Positions 13,601 through 50,780 of a DNA stretch of 64,000 nt are shown in pieces. The DNA is from Tubiluchus corallicola (Eukaryota > Animalia > Priapulida). The stretch spans positions 372,001 to 436,000 of the forward strand of contig JAQGDQ010000072.1 of NCBI GenBank assembly GCA_030141605.1, read 5' to 3'. The position numbers and the translations under genes were made by a program. Numbering within the stretch: position 1 is the first letter of the stretch; each line of letters opens with the position of its first letter. The notes beneath the pieces are model-generated. The model was not told the DNA's origin. It saw only the letters and a list, made by a program, of their open reading frames with translations, and searched no databases.

Positions 13601-16600
13601 CATCCAGTTTTCAATGGCATGCCCTACCTGACATTGATGTTAGTGCAGAGACGAGGGCCTGGCTAACCCTTGAACAGGCAGTGGTAGCTTAGCCTCGTCA
13701 GATATGAATATATCCTCCTTGTATGAGCTCTGGGAGCTAGAATCACTATGGCTAGTGAAACTGTCTGGAATGAGTGCTGAACTTGGGCAGTTATGAATCA
13801 TTCAGTGATGTAACTCAAGTGGTCAATAAAATTACAAGTCAAAAATAAAAAAAATAATAAAATTAATTAAAATCTCTCTAGTGTGAGTGATTGGAAATGC
13901 TGAATTTTGTTTGCCATTTATAAGCATTGAACATTGGGCTGCCTCGATTACTGGGGACAGTACAGTGGCCGAGTAATCTAAAGCATCTGCCTTGCATGCA
14001 AAAAGTGCCTGGTTTACTATTTTTTCAACTTCATATGAAAATTCAATTCACTGTGAGTTTTTATGATTATCAATGATAACGTTGATGATAATATGCCAAT
14101 AATAAATGTTGAACATTGTCATTGAACATTGCCATTAAAGTTATAATGACTAGGGTTTCAAATGCCTAGTCATGGCAGCTTTGATGTTTTGTGTCATGCA
14201 TATAATGTAATTTTAATGTTTTTGGTCAAACATTCCAAATTACTTGATGGGGAAACTTAATATTCTTAAGGAGTCCATCAATGTACATGAAATTATCCCA
14301 GTGCGCTACCAGATCATGTCAAGAAAATCACGGATAAAACTTTTACTAACTTTTAAATTTTGTTTTGAGTATTTGTGCAGAATTTTGTTAATTTAAGAGC
14401 TTGCAGTTGTATTAGTGCAGTTAATCTTACACTTAAATAACTCACAGAAAAAATCTTGAGAGCTTTTAAATGTAGAAAACAAAACAGTATAAAATTTTTC
14501 TGTGCTTGATTTACTGTTGCAGCTGTTTCCTTTTAATTTACTTTTCTTGGCTAATACTGGAAACTGGTACTAGAGTTTTGTGATTAGCAACTTTATAATA
14601 ACGGTCTAAATTTCTTACCATTCTTGTGGATAAAATAGTTGTGAGAAATAAAAAATTAAATTAAAAAAAAACAAAAGAGTATTGGACTGGTAGCTATATG
14701 AGATTAACAACATTAAACTTGATCATTTCTATTGAAATTTGTGAGTTTGTGTACTAACTACTGCAATAATTGTTTGAAATTTGTTAATATTGACTTTGTA
14801 TTTATTTACAGGTTTACACTTTCTTTTGGCTGTTGCTGCATGGCTGTTTACTTTCTGTGTACTGTTTCTTTTTGCACTTGATGCTTTGTGTTTTCTGTAC
14901 TGAGAAAATTTTTGTAATTTATATTTCATATTTCTTTACCGCTTTAGGCATGGCCTCAACATTTTTAGTATCTCAGCAGTTTGCACCAATGCAGCATATT
15001 AAAGTTTAGTGTATGAAGTCTGCAAATGCGCTAAACAGTGAAAAGCATAGTACTAAATATCATTAGTAGTTCTCTACTACAGTAAGCCCTCGCTTAACGA
15101 CTCTCCGCTTAGTGACGCTTCGTTTTAACGACGCTGAACATTTGACACCTTTTCCTCTCTTAACAATACACTTTTCATTTTAACTATGTTTCTTTTTTAC
15201 TTTGCTCAAAGTCATTTTTTATTTGAGCAACAACTTTTCTTACGATATTTGAAACACTAAAACAGTACATACTGCATTCTTCCATTCTAAAAACACACTA
15301 GTAATGTAAAACAGTACAATTATTATACGTTTTTTTTATGACTGGCTGCTAAATGCGAGCCATTTGTATCGAGCGTAATATAATCTATTCGCGATTTATA
15401 TACCTCCAGGCACTTGAATACAAACTTTAGATAAAGGAATTTTGCCCGCAACCTGGTTTTATAGCTAAAAAACTAAGCATCTAGATGAAATTGTCTCAAA
15501 GTCACTCCATTGCTTGGCTTTCATTATGCGGTGTTTCACCACTGAATTTAACTGCCAAATATTGGTAAGAAAGATCAGTGGTTTCAAGCACGCAGCAAAA
15601 AATTAATCGGTAGAAACATGAGTTAACCCATAAAACATCTAATTTGTATGTTTAAAGCAGCATTGATTGTTGCCTCTGGTATGTATCTCACTTCTTTTGC
15701 ATTACTTTCTTTGGAAGCCTTGGTTTCGTTTAATGGCGTTTCGCTTAACGCCGTGTTTTGCTAGAATGCATTAGCGTCGTTAAACGAGGGCTTACTATAC
15801 TTCTTTGTTTGTCTAAACAAAGTTGATTACAGCAATAACATGATATTACAATGTATTTGCTAGAATGGCTGAACTTCACAGGCAAGTTTAATACCCTATT
15901 GAGAAGTTACTAACTTTACAGATGTTGAGAGACTAACAGAACTTGAGAAGCCATTCATCGAAGACAGTATTACTTATACTGTGTCTGCAAACATCATATC
16001 AAATTAGTTTAATTGCTTAAACCTGATTTCTAACCATGTCTTATTTGCTTAACTTCCAGACAATATTTTCCTTTCATATCTGAGAAAATAAGTGCCATTC
16101 TACAGTTAACTATTTTTAATAACCGTTTTATTTTATACTAAACTGCTGTGCCAGTGATATTAAAATATGATACCTACCTTCAGATCCCTTGCACAATTTG
16201 CATATGCCATATTAAAGTAAGTATTGTCAGTCTCAGATTCTTGTGCATCTTACATAAACTTCAGTTATCTTGCTTTAGAAACCAGAAACCACAAATTCAC
16301 AGGAGCATGGTTGCTGTGAAGTACATATACCCTAGCTGTAGTGTCTGCCAATTTATTTTTTGCATTATCTGCTCATTCCACTGAACTTTGTTTTGCAAAT
16401 TTGTTTGATAAGCTGTGTGCAATTTCTAACCTTTGATATTAATTTTTGTTTGGCTAATCATAAGTTCATAATTTTTTGGTTGCAGTTACCATTTTTTGTG
16501 TAATTTAGTTAGTGTTAACATCTGAATATTTTTGCATTACTACCATGAAAAGTACCATTAACCAACACTTTGGTCTCTTTTACAAGTGTGTAGAAGTTGA

Positions 16601-19135
16601 TTTTCACATCTGTGGAACATGTAAAAAATAATTTGGAAAGTTCCCAACAGTGAAACAATGAGAGTTTCTTTACATATTTTTCTTATATAGACTAGAACTA
16701 AATCGGGAAAAGATGCGTTTATAATATTCTAGTGCCATTTTTTCTAAGTGAGCAACATAACCAGTTTTGTTAATTTGACTATGCTGAATCCGAAAAGAAA
16801 ACTATTATTAGTTTGAAAAATTAGTAGAAAACGGTCAAAAACAAAAAAAGAATGCAAATGTCTGCCAAGTTTTAGCACAGACTGTATAAATCAAAAGAAA
16901 TTCCCAAAAAACTAATACTGAGAAGCGATTATGACATCATCCCAGGGTAGCTGGACCTAAGCAATCCATCTCTGTTACTTTTATTTCAAAAATGGCAAAT
17001 GGCTACCTCACAAAACAAAATCTTGCCAATCGTGCAATTATATTTAATTAAGATGTTTCATCTACATTTATTATAAAAACAAAAGGCAAATTATTTTTAT
17101 CAGTTCAACCTTGTTGAGTAAAAAAAACTGCTAGGTACCAAAAAGGACACAAAAATAGTAAACCAGTCCAATAATCAAAAACTAAATGGCCACTGAGTGT
17201 TTGACATGTAGCCCATGATAATGGTTACAGGTGAACAAGTTTTTCGCTATTCTGCCAGATTATATAATGTAGGAAGCCTAGTGGCCATTTTGTTTTTTTA
17301 CTTATCAAACTATTTAAGTCACTTTGTATCCATTTTGGGGTCTAGAAGCAGATTTTTAGATGAAACAAATTGGAATAAAACTGGGATTGATAAATATAGT
17401 TGCTTTTTGTTTTTATAATAAATCTTTGTGTGAAACAGTTAATATAATTGCATATCGGCATAATTTCTGTTTGTGTGGTGGCTATTTTTGAAATAAAAGT
17501 AACAGAAATGGGTTCATTAGGTGCAACTACCCTGGAATAGATGTCATAATCACCTCTTAGAGTTAATTTTCAGGACTTTCTTTGGATTTATATGCTTTGC
17601 ACAGAAACTGGACTGGTCATTTTTATTTTTGGATTTTTGGTCTTTTTTCCACTAATTTTTCAAGTTGGCAACATTTTTTTTATTCAGCATGGTCACATTG
17701 GTAAAACTGGCTACTGTTGAACCCTTTTTGGAAAAAAAATGCGTAGCTAGGGTTCCACTTTTCTGAAAATTCGTCTAGTCTGCATACAGTCTGCATACAC
17801 TTATTTTTTCTTTTGCGGCAATAAGCATGAAACTTTTAGAGTTCTTACTTTATGTATCTTTAAAGTTTTTGTAGACTAACTGTAAACAAAAACTATTATT
17901 TTTGTCTGAAGGTTAATTTTTCAAAGTTTTGACCAGCTCCTGCCCAGTTTTCTATTTACTCAAATTCGGCTACTGATAAGACACTGCAGCTAGGGTGAGC
18001 CACTAACACGCTGTTTTATTGCGCTTTAGGCCGTGACAAATTCATCTATCTGCAGTCATGCGGAGTAGCCGACATAATTGCTGGATACTGCGGTGGTACA
18101 AACTACAACATGACTCGGATATTCTTTGATACGCGCAAGGTACGGTTTTCTTTTTTGTCGGCCATTTTTACACGTTTTCTGTTTCTATAGGCTGTAGCAC
18201 AGAAACATTTCTCGAAAGCTGTGGAATCGCTGACTTGGTGACAACTTGTTATGGTGGTCGCAATCGACGATTAGGAGAGGCTTTTGTCAGGACAGGGAAG
18301 GTAACATAGTGCCACTTGTAGGTGCCTTTGAAAATTCTTTTTGACAGCCCTTTAGTACTGACAGTATAAATTGTTAGTAAATTTCTGCACCACTATATAT
18401 TTATGGTTCCATCTAGACATATTTCTGCATCAATTTACAATATTCAAAGAGCTGAAGGAAAAAAGTAGAACAAAGCAAAAATATTGCAAAATTATTTTAC
18501 ATATGTGAAACTGACAAAAAACTTGATTTCTTAAAAGCATTTTATTTGCTGTACCCGAATTATGCTGTAGCACTTTTGGTATGGTCTAGTTTGTGTCTTG
18601 TGTGAATTTTATTCTGTTTGCTGTTTCTAGAGCTTTGCTGAGTTAGAACGTGAGTTGCTAAATGGACAAAAATTGCAAGGACCTACAACTGCAGCTGAGG
18701 TGTATGAAATGCTGAAAATACAAAAGAAACATGACAAGTGGGTATTCCATATTGATTAAGTTTGATTTGATGATGAATGATCAAATTTTGCAGTTTTTGC
18801 TGTCTTACAGAGATAATATACTAAGTAGCATATTGATAACAAGCAATTTAACTGAGTAAAAGATTTCTAAAACTTCGTTCAGTATATAACATGCATGCTT
18901 TCACATTGACCTTTTCCTGTCGGTTTAGTTTTTGTTTTCAGTGAAACCCGCTGAAGGTCCTGGGTTTTAATGCTATATTAAAATGAATTTTAGTTAAACG
19001 TTACTATGAACCATGACAAAGATTTCCATTTGTTGCAGGTTTCCTTTGTTTACTGTTATACATCGAATTTGTTCTGAAGGTTTTCCACCAGAAGAAATGA
19101 TAAAGTGTTTAATGAGTCATCCAGAGCACATGTAA
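4669..19135 (+). CDS. GPD1: Glycerol-3-phosphate dehydrogenase [NAD+], cytosolic (GPD1/GPD1L family), 349 aa
   Basis: Exons 4669-4712, 8928-9105, 9572-9712, 10318-10456, 11409-11521, 13005-13125, [18030-18139 or 18191-18300], 18631-18737, 19039-19135; all GT-AG, phases consistent, 1050 nt in total. Motifs [87 protein letters not shown]. Confidence 0.97.
5182..6128. mobile_element. MITE / non-autonomous DNA transposon in GPD1 intron 1
   Basis: Imperfect TIRs GGGTGACGAGTAACCCTTTAGCCGAAAGTAGGACA and TGTCGTACTTCGGCTAGTGGGTTACTCGGCGCCC; repeated AGCCCA(A/T)GTA subterminal motifs; no coding capacity. Confidence 0.75.
6520..7080 (+). mobile_element. 3' fragment of a CR1/Jockey-group LINE
   Basis: Peptides [36 protein letters not shown] are typical of a LINE ORF2 C-terminus; contains stops. 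Confidence 0.8.
12030..12430 (-). mobile_element. L2-like LINE 3' end fragment
   Basis: Minus-strand GGWSFS..(A)PLLWN-like remnant, FKKLL, then an AATAAA-containing tail. Confidence 0.5.
15080..15797. mobile_element. Tc1/mariner-type (pogo/Tigger-like) MITE
   Basis: TIRs CAGTAAGCCCTCGCTTAACGAC and GTCGTTAAACGAGGGCTTACTA, flanked by TA on both sides (15078-79, 15798-99). Confidence 0.85.
16689..17781. mobile_element. Foldback-type DNA transposon with long degenerate TIRs
   Basis: Ends AGACTAGA and TCTAGTCT; internal inverted blocks, e.g. 16927-16996 (GATTATGACATC...CTGTTACTTTTATTTCAAAAAT) versus 17481-17551 (ATTTTTGAAATAAAAGTAACAG...GATGTCATAATC). Confidence 0.75.
18030..18139 (+). CDS. GPD1: GPD1 alternative exon 7a (divergent copy): (G)[36 protein letters not shown]
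   Basis: 110 nt, same length and phase (1 to 0) as exon 7b; tttag acceptor, AAG|gtacgg donor, CTAAC branch point at 18003-18007; open frame; 13/37 aa identical to 7b. Confidence 0.85.
18191..18300 (+). CDS. GPD1: GPD1 exon 7b (canonical copy): (G)[36 protein letters not shown]
   Basis: 110 nt; ctatag acceptor, AAG|gtaaca donor; carries the family motif [12 protein letters not shown]. Confidence 0.97.
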
Positions 19136-22100
19136 CTATAGCAACAATACTCTTAGTCAACTCCGGGTATACCCAACCAATTGTGCTGTAATTTAAATGC
19201 TTGTAAATTATTGTTATGTGTTCAATATTTATAAGGAGTTGTTTGATTAGTAAATCTATATATATATATGTTTTTCTTGAGAACTTTGCTTTTTTAATTT
19301 GAGCTAATTTGGATTGTTTTTTCTCAGTACAGTTTGTGCTTAAGTATGCTTACCTGGAAAATCATAAACACATTCTATGATACATTCGTTATAGGCATTC
19401 TTGCTTCTAAAAACAATTTGAGAAATATGTTTTAGGGTTCCTCCGCTGTTTTGATACTGTGTAATATTTGTCCATATCCTTTAGAAAATTATTATTATAA
19501 AATGATTTACAGTTAGTAACAACAATATACACGTGCCCTACAATCTTTTAAAAAAATAATACATTTTCTCTGCAATGTACAGCATGAATTCCTGTCGGCT
19601 TTATAGCTTTGTGGATCATAATAAGTTAATGTGAACTGTGTGGAAAATGTATTATTGGTTGGTTAGGTCTTGTGTTACTCAATTTTTAGTCTTTGTTTTA
19701 TGTTTACTAACCTAGCTCTGTTGCTGCTATGTTATTTTTGTTTAGATAACTAACATCAATGAAATAATGTGAAACATAAGAATAGTATTTGCATCTTACC
19801 AAGCTTTGCAAAAAATGTTTCCTTTTTTTCTGAGCACAAAATTTTACAAAAGTTGTCATAGTTATGGCCCATTTCACATGGTCATCAATATTTAAAGTTA
19901 ATTTATCAAAGATTTTCGAACGAGTTTTTGGTTTTTTATCAATATGTCATGTACTTTTTAAAACAAGTATCAATTTAAAAAAAATTCAAACTACTCAGTT
20001 ATTGTCCTATTAGTCATTATTAATTTCATTGTTACAAATAATGGAAGAATGTAGGTGTACAGGTGAATTGTGCAGCATGACAATGCATCACTCTCTCCAT
20101 CTTGAATATTCACTATAGTACTTGAACTATGAATAAATTTAGTATTCTTTCGAGGTGCTACATTTTCTCATTGTAGTAAGTAGTCTAAGTTGAATTTCCT
20201 TTGTTCTGTATTCCAACGTTAGCAGTGGAATACAGAACAAAAAAGAGAATAGAAAACAATCGGTGAAACTGGAAAGCTAATGAGATTTTGCAAATGTTAA
20301 GCTGACCATTTGTCGTTCTTAAAAGAGGTATCATGGTAAGAAAATTTGATGGAGGCAATGCATAAACAATTAAAAGCTCGTTTAAAAATCTTGGAATTAT
20401 TCACATTCCGGGTGAAACTACAATTCCAAATTTTGGTAATTGAGTGACAAAGAAGCAAATTCACTCTGATGTGAACAGCTGTGCATCATAATCATAAACT
20501 GATGTCTTCTGTTTTTCTGTAAGGTTTTGCAAGCATTTGAAGACTGATTGTACATGTTGTCAACATGAGGCTGACAAAGAATAATGTTTAAATGCTATCC
20601 TTAATTTGTATTTACTGGTGTGTGTAGATGGTATGTTTTTATAGCATATTATTTGTGTTGCTATTTTTTCATAATTTGTTTAAGAATTTAGCTACAGTAT
20701 GTACATAATGTATGTGAACAAAACAGATTTTGTTCTGAATTTATCTATGAAATAGTTGCTGTCTAAATGCATTTTCTTCAAAAGTTGCTCAAATTCAAGC
20801 CAGATAGAAGTTATATTGCAGTGGAAAAACTATAATTAATATGCAAGTAGACTATTGGGATAATCCGTCTTTTCACATGCAAAATTACGCAGCAATTGCA
20901 GCTGTTGAACAGCAGGTAATACTGCAAAAGTTACATTTTGTGACTGTGTTTTGACGACATTTGTCTGTGTGCAGGCATTAATCATAGTTGTGTATTTTAT
21001 TTTGTTTTACATGTAGTTTTAGTGAATGCTATGTAGCTGTATGTAGATTTGTGGCTCATCTCTTTAGATTTTATATTTCTCATTTTAGAAATGCAATTAC
21101 AAATCGTAAGAATGTGGTACTAGCTTTAATAAGCAAATTTTCTCCTCTGCAACAAATTCATTGACTATTTTTCCTATATTTGGCTTTTAATTTTTGTAAA
21201 TAATTTACCACGTGTTTGAATCATCGTGGGTACACTGCACCACACAGCCGTATCCTGGGCATTTCAAGTGAAATTTATGGTGCTGCAACTATTGCCAATA
21301 ATCTTTTTTACAGCAATGAACAACTTTTATTCTAAGACTGCCAGTTCTATTCAAAATTATATAATGAACTAAGCATTTCTCAAGGATATAGTAGCTCCAT
21401 TTATTGATTTTGCTTCTAATCTTGCTTGCCATTTATGGCTAACATGAACTCGTTTTGGTCTAGGTTAAAATTTGTTCCTAGTTCATAAAATGTGATGAAT
21501 TGCATATTTTAACAGGAGTGCGTTTTATCCTGCTGTGTTCAGTTAGCTGGCATGGGTATGTTAAGAAGCAAATTTACGACCTTGACAAGTTCTTCTGGGA
21601 GAAAGATTAGTCGTAGCAGTGCTGTCAACCGTCACCATAAGTATTTACTTTGTATGGTTTGTAGTCAGGTCAAATTGTTGTTGATGTTAATATAAAATAA
21701 AAAAAATCAGTATTCTTTTGGTTAATACTGTATTAATGGCAATGTTCAACTTTGCAGCAGTGTAATTTGCAAGTGATTATGAATTTTCATGTCGTTTCAA
21801 AGCAAAAAGAATCTGCCGAGGCACTCAGTAAAGTGCAAGTCTATGTTTGTCAAGGTCTGCGGACTGCAGAACGTGGTTTACTGAACTACATAGCAGCCTA
21901 GGTTACTAATCACCAGTTCTAACATCATATGCTTTATGCAACGCACACTTCCTTTTTGCAATTTCTCTACAGTGCTTTATTGTGATGTCACAGAATTTTC
22001 CCATATAGGCTTATAGTTAATCAACAAAAATTGATTTCCTTTCTCCATTCTTGACAATTTGTTGAGAAAATTGAAATTTTTCCTCATCACATGCTGTATC

Positions 22101-22676
22101 TCTTCACAAAGTTTCCTGAAAATCAGTGAAGTAGATTTGCGTAATTTTGTTAACTACCTAACAAATGAGTGGTGATGAAAACATAACCTCCTCCTTGGCA
22201 GAGATGAACATTGTGAACCCAGTCTCATAATAATCCAGATTTGAAGGCTGTGTATTATGTCTTAAAGTATGTTCACACATAGTTGGTTATCAGAAAAATG
22301 TGACAATTATTATTGTGATGCAGCACTATTTTCTGTAGGCATCCATATTGCAGTTCCATCTTTAACTTCAATTATCTGATCATAAAGTTCACAAACCAGA
22401 CAACCAAATAAAACAACTAATAATATAAATCAAAAAAATATTTTTTCATTTGAAAATAAATGTATGTACAATCAACAACAACAATAAAAGTTAACAAGCA
22501 GATGTCTTACCTTGCACCTGGATTACTAATAACTAGTTCACGCCATTGCTAAGTTACAGTAAACTAGGCGATTTTGCCAAGACCCAATTAGTATCGCAAA
22601 AGTGGCAATTACATGGCAGATCATCACAGTGATTTTGTTTATAACATTTCTAAACCTTCCCACTATAAATTTGAGT

Positions 22677-47892
<25,216 letters not shown>

Positions 47893-48079
47893 TTAAAATC
47901 TGAAATAAAAGCATGTGATGTCTTAGCAAGAAAAAAATGAATAAGGTGGCTCACAACTCAAACAGTGACAAACACGAGACTGAATATTAGCAAACTAACG
48001 ATAGTGGCTAAATCTATTGACTAGACAATTTAATCTGTCAACACCTAGAAAGCTGCAGTGCCAAAACATTATAATTCAT

Positions 48080-49330
48080 TGTTAAAAACTAATGCTGTTT
48101 CAAAGCTATTTTAAAAAGTTACTTCATTCAATGTATGAGATCTACAAATAACAAACCCATTAAAAAGTAGGTTTAATACCATGAAATGTCATTGTGAATA
48201 CTACACATTTCTCTTAATATGTGCAAAGTGGAATTCATAAGGATTAAACACATTTTGTTACTGGAATACATTTTGTTATGCGAAGCAGATTGTAATATAG
48301 TTCACTGCATACCAGAAACTACTTTCCAAATACCATTGAATATCTTGTTTTCTGCACAAAATCTTCAAATTGCTATATGATCATAACATTTGGTATATTA
48401 GTCACCGGAGGCATGAAAGCCTTAAGGGACCTTTTGTATAAATCGTTATTGACACCATTAGTAAATTATGACTGTAGCAGCTAGACTTAATACGTCACAT
48501 ATTTAATAAGTGGCAAGTATAATACCCAATCCAAGCATTTAGCTCACACACCTTTGTGAAAGCTGGTATCACTGACGAATGAATTGCTGACAACATGGGA
48601 AAGATATGTGATGATTTTGTTAGTAAGGTGCCTTCTTAAGTGCTTGTAAGTCGACAGAAGTGGGTCTCCGAAAAGCTTCTTTTCTAGGTGCAGCCACAAC
48701 CTGAGAACAACATAGCATGGAAGTATCTTGAAGTGCTAAATTTCTATTACCGTTCCTCACCAGCATCTAAATCCCATTTGCCTTGGGTCTTTCCAAGAGA
48801 GGCAACTGATATACGACTGTAGTTTAACATCTGGTTTAAAGGTGATCTCTACCTTTACTGTCACGACTAATTCTTCAAATATACTGAAGCCGTTGTGCTC
48901 CAACAGCCAAACTTCTAGTTCTGTCTATTTGCACTCGATTGTGAAAAGTATTTGTGTTGGGTTTGGTGGTAGCAAAGATCATGTAAGGCATTTGCAATCA
49001 CAACTCAGTGCCAACTTGTACAATGACATGATTCTGAGTTTTGTGTGAATGTCCCAACTTTTGGACAGTATTGAAGGTAAGGTACTAAGGTCTGTTAGGG
49101 CCTATCTGTAAAGAGATGCCAGTCACGCTTCGAATAATTGATGTAATTTCTCACGTGAGCTATTCCCATGCTTCATATTTAAGAAGAAAATTGCACACCC
49201 ATAATTTGTAAGCTACTTACCACAACAGTGAACATGTAACAAGACTGGTTGTGTAACAAAATAGTTACAAAACAGTGAACAAATAATTATAATATTATTC
49301 ATAGCGATAATGACTTAGATAGAAAGGAAT
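48080..49330 (-). mobile_element. Heavily decayed L2-like LINE RT remnant
   Basis: Scattered minus-strand remnants resembling xRPxSxLPxxSK and DLxKA motifs; many stops. Confidence 0.4.
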
Positions 49331-49968
49331 TTTTTACCCATGCTCCTAAAACTTCTAGGGGTCATTGCCACAGACATATAAAGAGGTAGTATGACATCAG
49401 ATGTCTTGAGGTGATTGTGTTTGATACGAGTCCGACAAGCTGACTGCTGTTCTTCATTTTGCTAACAATATGGCTGAAGAAGGTGAGACTGGCATCAGTG
49501 ATCTGTTGTAAGTCTACTTCTGCGTCAACTGCTAGTAAATTAGTGTTGTTGAATTAATTACTGATGATGATTGTTGCACATGAATGACTTTACACTTGCA
49601 GTTGGAAGTGTTAAATTCCATTTGCCAAGTTTTTAACTCCCACTGATATATGGTACGCGTAAGTCCCATTAAATTTGTTCTACTTGTTGTATGGAGCTCG
49701 TAGTATTGGCAAGTTACACATCATAAGCGAATTTCAAGAGCCTAAAGTTGGTCTCAATTAAATATGACTAGAAGATGTATTGTTGAAGCATTAATTCTGG
49801 ACTACTAGAACAAGTGTGTATGCCAGGATCACTGCATGCCTGGTAAAATGTGTCTTCAAGTGTTTTGGAGTACATAAAAGTACAAACTATCAAGTACCAA
49901 GTAAATAAAAACCAAAAGGAAAAAGTGGAAGCACCAGTCACAACTGTTTTGTTGTTTGTACGTTTGCC

Positions 49969-50195
49969 TATGTTTTACCTGTCATGCATGAAGCAAAAGC
50001 TGTCGTGTGTGAGATGGCTTGCCTCAAAAGAACTGCAGCATCTAATTTTTGCCGTGTGCAACTAGCACTTAACCCTTTCACGTATGTTTTACCTGTCATG
50101 CATGAGGCAAAAGCTGTCGTGTGTGAGATGGCTTGGCTCAAAAGAACTGCAGCATCTAATTTTTGCCGTGTGCAACTAGCACTTAACCCTTTCAC
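49969..50195. repeat. Tandem duplication of a 114-bp unit (2 copies, 2 mismatches)
   Basis: TATGTTTTACCTG...TTAACCCTTTCAC at 49969-50081 and 50083-50195. Confidence 0.95.
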
Positions 50196-50696
50196 TATGG
50201 GAAGGCGTTAGACTGCTGCCCAAGCTCAGCACTAAGCACGGTCACCCGGGTGTGTTTATTTCACTGCTATGGCCACGCAAAACACGTTTAACAGCCGTGG
50301 GATTGGTGTTACTTCTCAACAAGTAATGCTAACCAGCCAATCAGCATCTGAAGCCAGATGCATTCTACAATACTGTGCTGCATGGTATGTTCTCATGCAA
50401 AATCACTAGCACTAGTAGATCGTTGATGAAATGTATATTTAGTTAATTGTTCTGCATTCTTATAAAATTATTGCATATTATGGATTAGTTTGGGCGCTTC
50501 ATATGCGATGGGTATGATGTACAGACTACAAGCATAGCAAAATACAGATTTTGGCACATTATCCTAAATATTACAAGTGACACTCTCAAAATAATTTCAT
50601 CTAGCGGTGTGATTTAAAATTATTCTTGCCTTATCCCTAAATATTCAGTCCTCAAATAAGGCTTTGATTAAGTCTGGATATGAAACATGTACATAC

Positions 50697-50780
50697 CGCA
50701 TGGATTACGGAACGCGAACTTGCAAAACGAGCAAACTTATGATTGCAATACAGATAAGGGGGCACAAGGGCAGCCACTTT
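50697..50780 (-). other. PECR: Candidate non-coding first exon of PECR
   Basis: The PECR ATG is preceded by an acceptor (ttttatttcag, exon starts at 47899), so an upstream exon is needed; a CpG-richer stretch ending GCG|gtatgt at 50697 is the best donor I saw. Inference only. Confidence 0.25.

Noticed and set aside
13953-14016. tRNA-like sequence (TGGCCGAGT A-box, TTGCATG, GGTTT)
   Set aside because: No complete cloverleaf or intact B-box; at most a decayed SINE head.
19133-19141. Stop-codon readthrough context TAA-CTA in GPD1 (possible cryptic peroxisomal signal)
   Set aside because: The stop is TAA rather than TGA, and a TAG follows after one codon, so no PTS1 can be appended.
22080-22205. 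Repeat-like end with CCTCCTCCTTGGCAGAG hairpin between the convergent 3' UTRs
   Set aside because: Probably a decayed interspersed repeat end, but no partner end or family could be supported.
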